NCBI GenBank assembly: GCA_013239625.1
Contig: MU053588.1
Location: 1,017,988 to 1,081,987, forward strand
From: Lama guanicoe
Taxonomy: Eukaryota
DNA: 64,000 nt
Direction: 5' to 3'
A program made the translations under genes and the position numbers. The notes under the pieces are model-generated. The model did no database searches, was not told the DNA's origin, and worked only from the letters and a program-made list of their open reading frames with translations. This document shows positions 25,141-64,000 of this stretch, piece by piece (the first letter of the stretch is position 1; each line of letters starts with the position of its first letter).

Positions 25141-26175
25141 AAAAAAGAAACACTATTAATATCTTATGATATAATGCACAATGACATAGAATAATTTAAT
25201 TTCTATATACAATTCTAAAGAAAAATTTACTATTAATATACAAGTGTGTATTATATAGTGTGTAAGAGATAAACATATAATTGTACTATACAATATAATT
25301 ATATTAGCCTAAATATCTCCTTATATAATCATGTATTGTATAATTCAATAATATGGCACGAACTTACGTGCCATATATTACAGCTGTATCACTAAGGCAA
25401 TATTTAACTGTGTAACAGGTGGCAACCTATTTAACAACATTTTCCATATAGTTTTATTGAACTGCAAGATACTGTTTTGTAGAACTTAATAGACACCATG
25501 ACATCTTAATAACTTTAATAGATTCGTGTATCAATCAGTCACCATGTGGTAACTTATCAGTTTCCTCATAGAAGCTTCTCCACAACCCCAGGACGTGGGG
25601 ACTATTCCAAATTAGTCTGGTTGACAGATGAAGAAACTGAGGCACAGAGGCACAAATCTGTCTGCTTGGCAGGAAGCCCAGGTGTGTGTGGCATCCTGCA
25701 TCCTCCAGACCCCACAGCTGCCTGTTTTAGGAAATTGCAGAGGCCTCTGTCCAGCTCCCCAGAACCCAAGCCTCTTCCTGCTCCCCTCTTCCCCCAGGCA
25801 GCCAGGAGCAGGGAAGAGCTGGTTGCCCCTCTCAGGGCTCCCCTATTAAAAAGCCCAGGGTGCTCGTCTGCATAAAAGGGGGCCCAGATAGTGGCCCTGG
25901 GTGGCTCAGGAAGCCCCTGGGGAGACAGAGGGTTAGAATTTTGAAGGGTGGGGCTTGGCCTTGGTGCAGTAGCTTTTGGTTATAATTAAGAGATTTTATG
26001 CAAATATGGAGACACTAAAGGGGAATGGTTAAGAACCCTGGCTCTAGCTTCAAATGCCTGGCTCAGCCTCTGTATGACTTTGAGGAGGTCATTCCATCTC
26101 TTTGTGTTCAACGTGCCTCATCTGGAAAACGGGCACCACAAGAGTACTGATTTCACAAGATTACTGTGAGAACTA

Positions 26176-26528
26176 CAGTTTTCCCTCAGCATCTGCGGGG
26201 GCTTGGTTTCAGATCCCCCTCGGATACCAAAATCTGTCAATACTGAAGTCTCTTATATGAAATACTGTGGTATTTGCATATAACCCATACACATCCTCCC
26301 GTATACTCTAAGGCATCTCTAGATTACTTATAATACCTAATACAAAGTAAATGCTGTATAAATAGTTCTACACTCAATGAAAATGCTGTAGAAATAGTTG
26401 CCAGCTTGTGACAAATTCAAGTTTTGCTTTTTGGAACTTTCTGGAATTTTTAAAAAATATTTTTGATCTGTGGTTGATTGAATCCACAGGTGGGGGACCT
26501 ACAGATATCGTGAGGGGCTGGGCAGCTG
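26176..26528. mobile_element. MER2/MER2B-like Tigger (Tc1/mariner) non-autonomous element inserted into a MIR
   Basis: TA|cag...ctg|TA; ggataccaaaatc, gtatttgcatataacc, catctctagattacttataatacctaatac. Confidence 0.8.
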
Positions 26529-26806
26529 TACTTTATTTATTCAAGTCATGTCCTTAAAACTAAGTATAGTAAGGACCACACATTTTTATTTCCTCCTCTA
26601 AACAATGTTAATAAAAGCAGGATTGTTGTAAGAACTAAATGAGTTGCAGTGAAAAGATCTTAGCTCAGAGCCTGAAATTTGGCAGGTGTGCAAAAGACAT
26701 TTGCTACAGCTATTGTCCCCACCTCATCAGTTTTTATGATAATGATGACAATGATGATGATGCTAGCAACACTTACATCACATTTACTATGTATCAATAC
26801 AGTTTT

Positions 26807-27414
26807 TAAAATATAATTTTTAAAGGTTACTTTCCATTTACAGTTATTGCAAAATACTGGCTATCTTTACCATGTTGTACAATATACCCTTGAGTCTATC
26901 TTATACCCAATAGTTTGTGCTTCCCACTCCCTCACCCTTTTATTGCGCGCCACCCCCCATGCCAGTAACCACTAGTTTGTTCTCTATATCTGGGAGTCTG
27001 CTTCTTTTTTGTTATATTCATTAGTTTGTTGTATTTTTTAGATGCTGTAAGTGATATCACATAGTATCTGTCTTTCTCTGTCTGACTGTTTCACTTAGAA
27101 TAATGCTCTCCAAGTCCACCCATGTTGCTGCAAAATTTTGCTCTTCTTATGGCTGAGTAGTATTCCATTGCATGTAAATACCACATCTTCTTTATCTAGT
27201 CATCTGTCAATGGACACTTAGATTGCTTCAGTATCTCGGTAATTGTAAATAATGCTGCTATGAACACTGAGGTGCATGTATCCTTTTGAAGTAGTGTTTT
27301 GGGGCTTTTTTTTTTTTTTGATATATACCCAGGAGTGGAATTGCTGGGTCATATGGTAGTTCTATTTTTATTTTTTTGAGAAACCTCCATACTGTTTTCC
27401 ACAGCAGCTGCACC
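26807..27414 (-). mobile_element. L1 3' fragment with decayed ~17-bp TSD
   Basis: tatggctgagtagtattccattg, cccaggagtggaattgctgggtcatatggtagttctattttta; flanks tgtatcaatacagtttt (26790) / tgtatcggtacagtttt (27415). Confidence 0.8.
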
Positions 27415-27829
27415 TGTATCGGTACAGTTTTAAGTGCTGTAAATAAATGATCTCATTTAATCCTTGCAGCAGCCCCATGTCTGATATTAACAGCAGGTAC
27501 TATTAATATCTTCCTTCCCAGTTGAGGAAACTGAGGAACAGAGAGGCAAAGTGACTTGTCCAAAGCTATACAAAAGAGTGGCAATGCAGGGAATCGGATC
27601 CAGTCTGGCTCAGAGTCCTTATTTTAAATTACTATATGGGGTGTTTTTTAAAGCCGAGAGACTTGGTGTGCATCCCGGCTCTGCTCTATAACATCAAAGC
27701 AGGGCCTTTTCCACTCGGAGCCTCAGTTCTCTGTGAAATGGGAGAATGATGGCATCTTCCTTACCGTGAAGAGGGAGAGAGGGTAGCTACTTTCTAGACA
27801 CTCCCCCTACAAAGCTCACCCCTACCCCA

Positions 27830-28150
27830 ACGCGCATCTTTGGCCAAGGTTTGCGGTGTGTGGGCGGGGCTCCGTCAGAGGGGCGTGGCCTTGGTCGTCC
27901 TGGGCCAATGGGGATGGGGGGCGGGGACTTCCTCCCAGCTCTGTCCAGCATCCGAGTCCTCTTCGCAGTTCCATCTACCCTGCGGGTGCCTCTGGCGTCC
28001 CCAGAGGTCTCCGACCCCACCCCGCCCCCAGCCCACCCGCCCAGCCTGCAGTCCCTTCCTCCTACTCCCCGGCCTCAGCCCCTGCACCCAGCCTGCAGTC
28101 TCTTCCTCCTACTCCCCGGCCTCAGCCCCTGCCCCTCGGGCCTCGACATC
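27830..28150 (+). promoter_or_regulatory. RYR1 TATA-less proximal promoter and 5'UTR
   Basis: GC boxes (gggcgggg at 27862, ggggcgggg near 27918), CCAAT at 27905, no TATA; directly precedes the ATG at 28151. Confidence 0.7.
28040..28132. repeat. 47-bp-period tandem duplication in the RYR1 5'UTR
   Basis: 28040-28085 vs 28087-28132, one mismatch in 46 bp. Confidence 0.92.
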
Positions 28151-63970
<35,820 letters not shown>

Positions 63971-64000
63971 TGATTTACCTGCTCTCCTTCCATCTGTTAG

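Overview
GC-rich mammalian genomic DNA, not microbial. It carries the conserved gene cluster SPRED3 (last coding exon, +), FAM98C (8 coding exons, +, 361 aa), RASGRP4 (17 exons, -) and the first 34 exons of RYR1 (+, 5550 nt = codons 1-1850; the gene continues beyond the window). I placed exon boundaries by hand from splice signals and reading-frame continuity. A tRNA-derived SINE, young L1 3' ends and the pig-like RYR1 N-terminus suggest an artiodactyl, probably a camelid (inference). Introns hold MIR, L2, L1, MER5, MER2 and Tigger remnants, simple repeats and two N gaps. I found no convincing new biological system. The most noteworthy observations are: (1) a TGG>TGA stop (W651*) in the penultimate RASGRP4 exon, with an intact but now untranslated terminal exon and loss of the TQT motif; (2) a U12-type RASGRP4 intron whose only in-frame termini are AT-AA; (3) back-to-back AATAAA/ATTAAA poly(A) signals between convergent FAM98C and RASGRP4; (4) a 47-bp tandem duplication in the RYR1 5'UTR; (5) reverse-complementary motif-rich introns flanking RYR1 exon 24; (6) two ~118-bp tandem duplications and one gap that look like assembly artefacts. 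Comparisons with human and pig proteins are from memory and need alignment.
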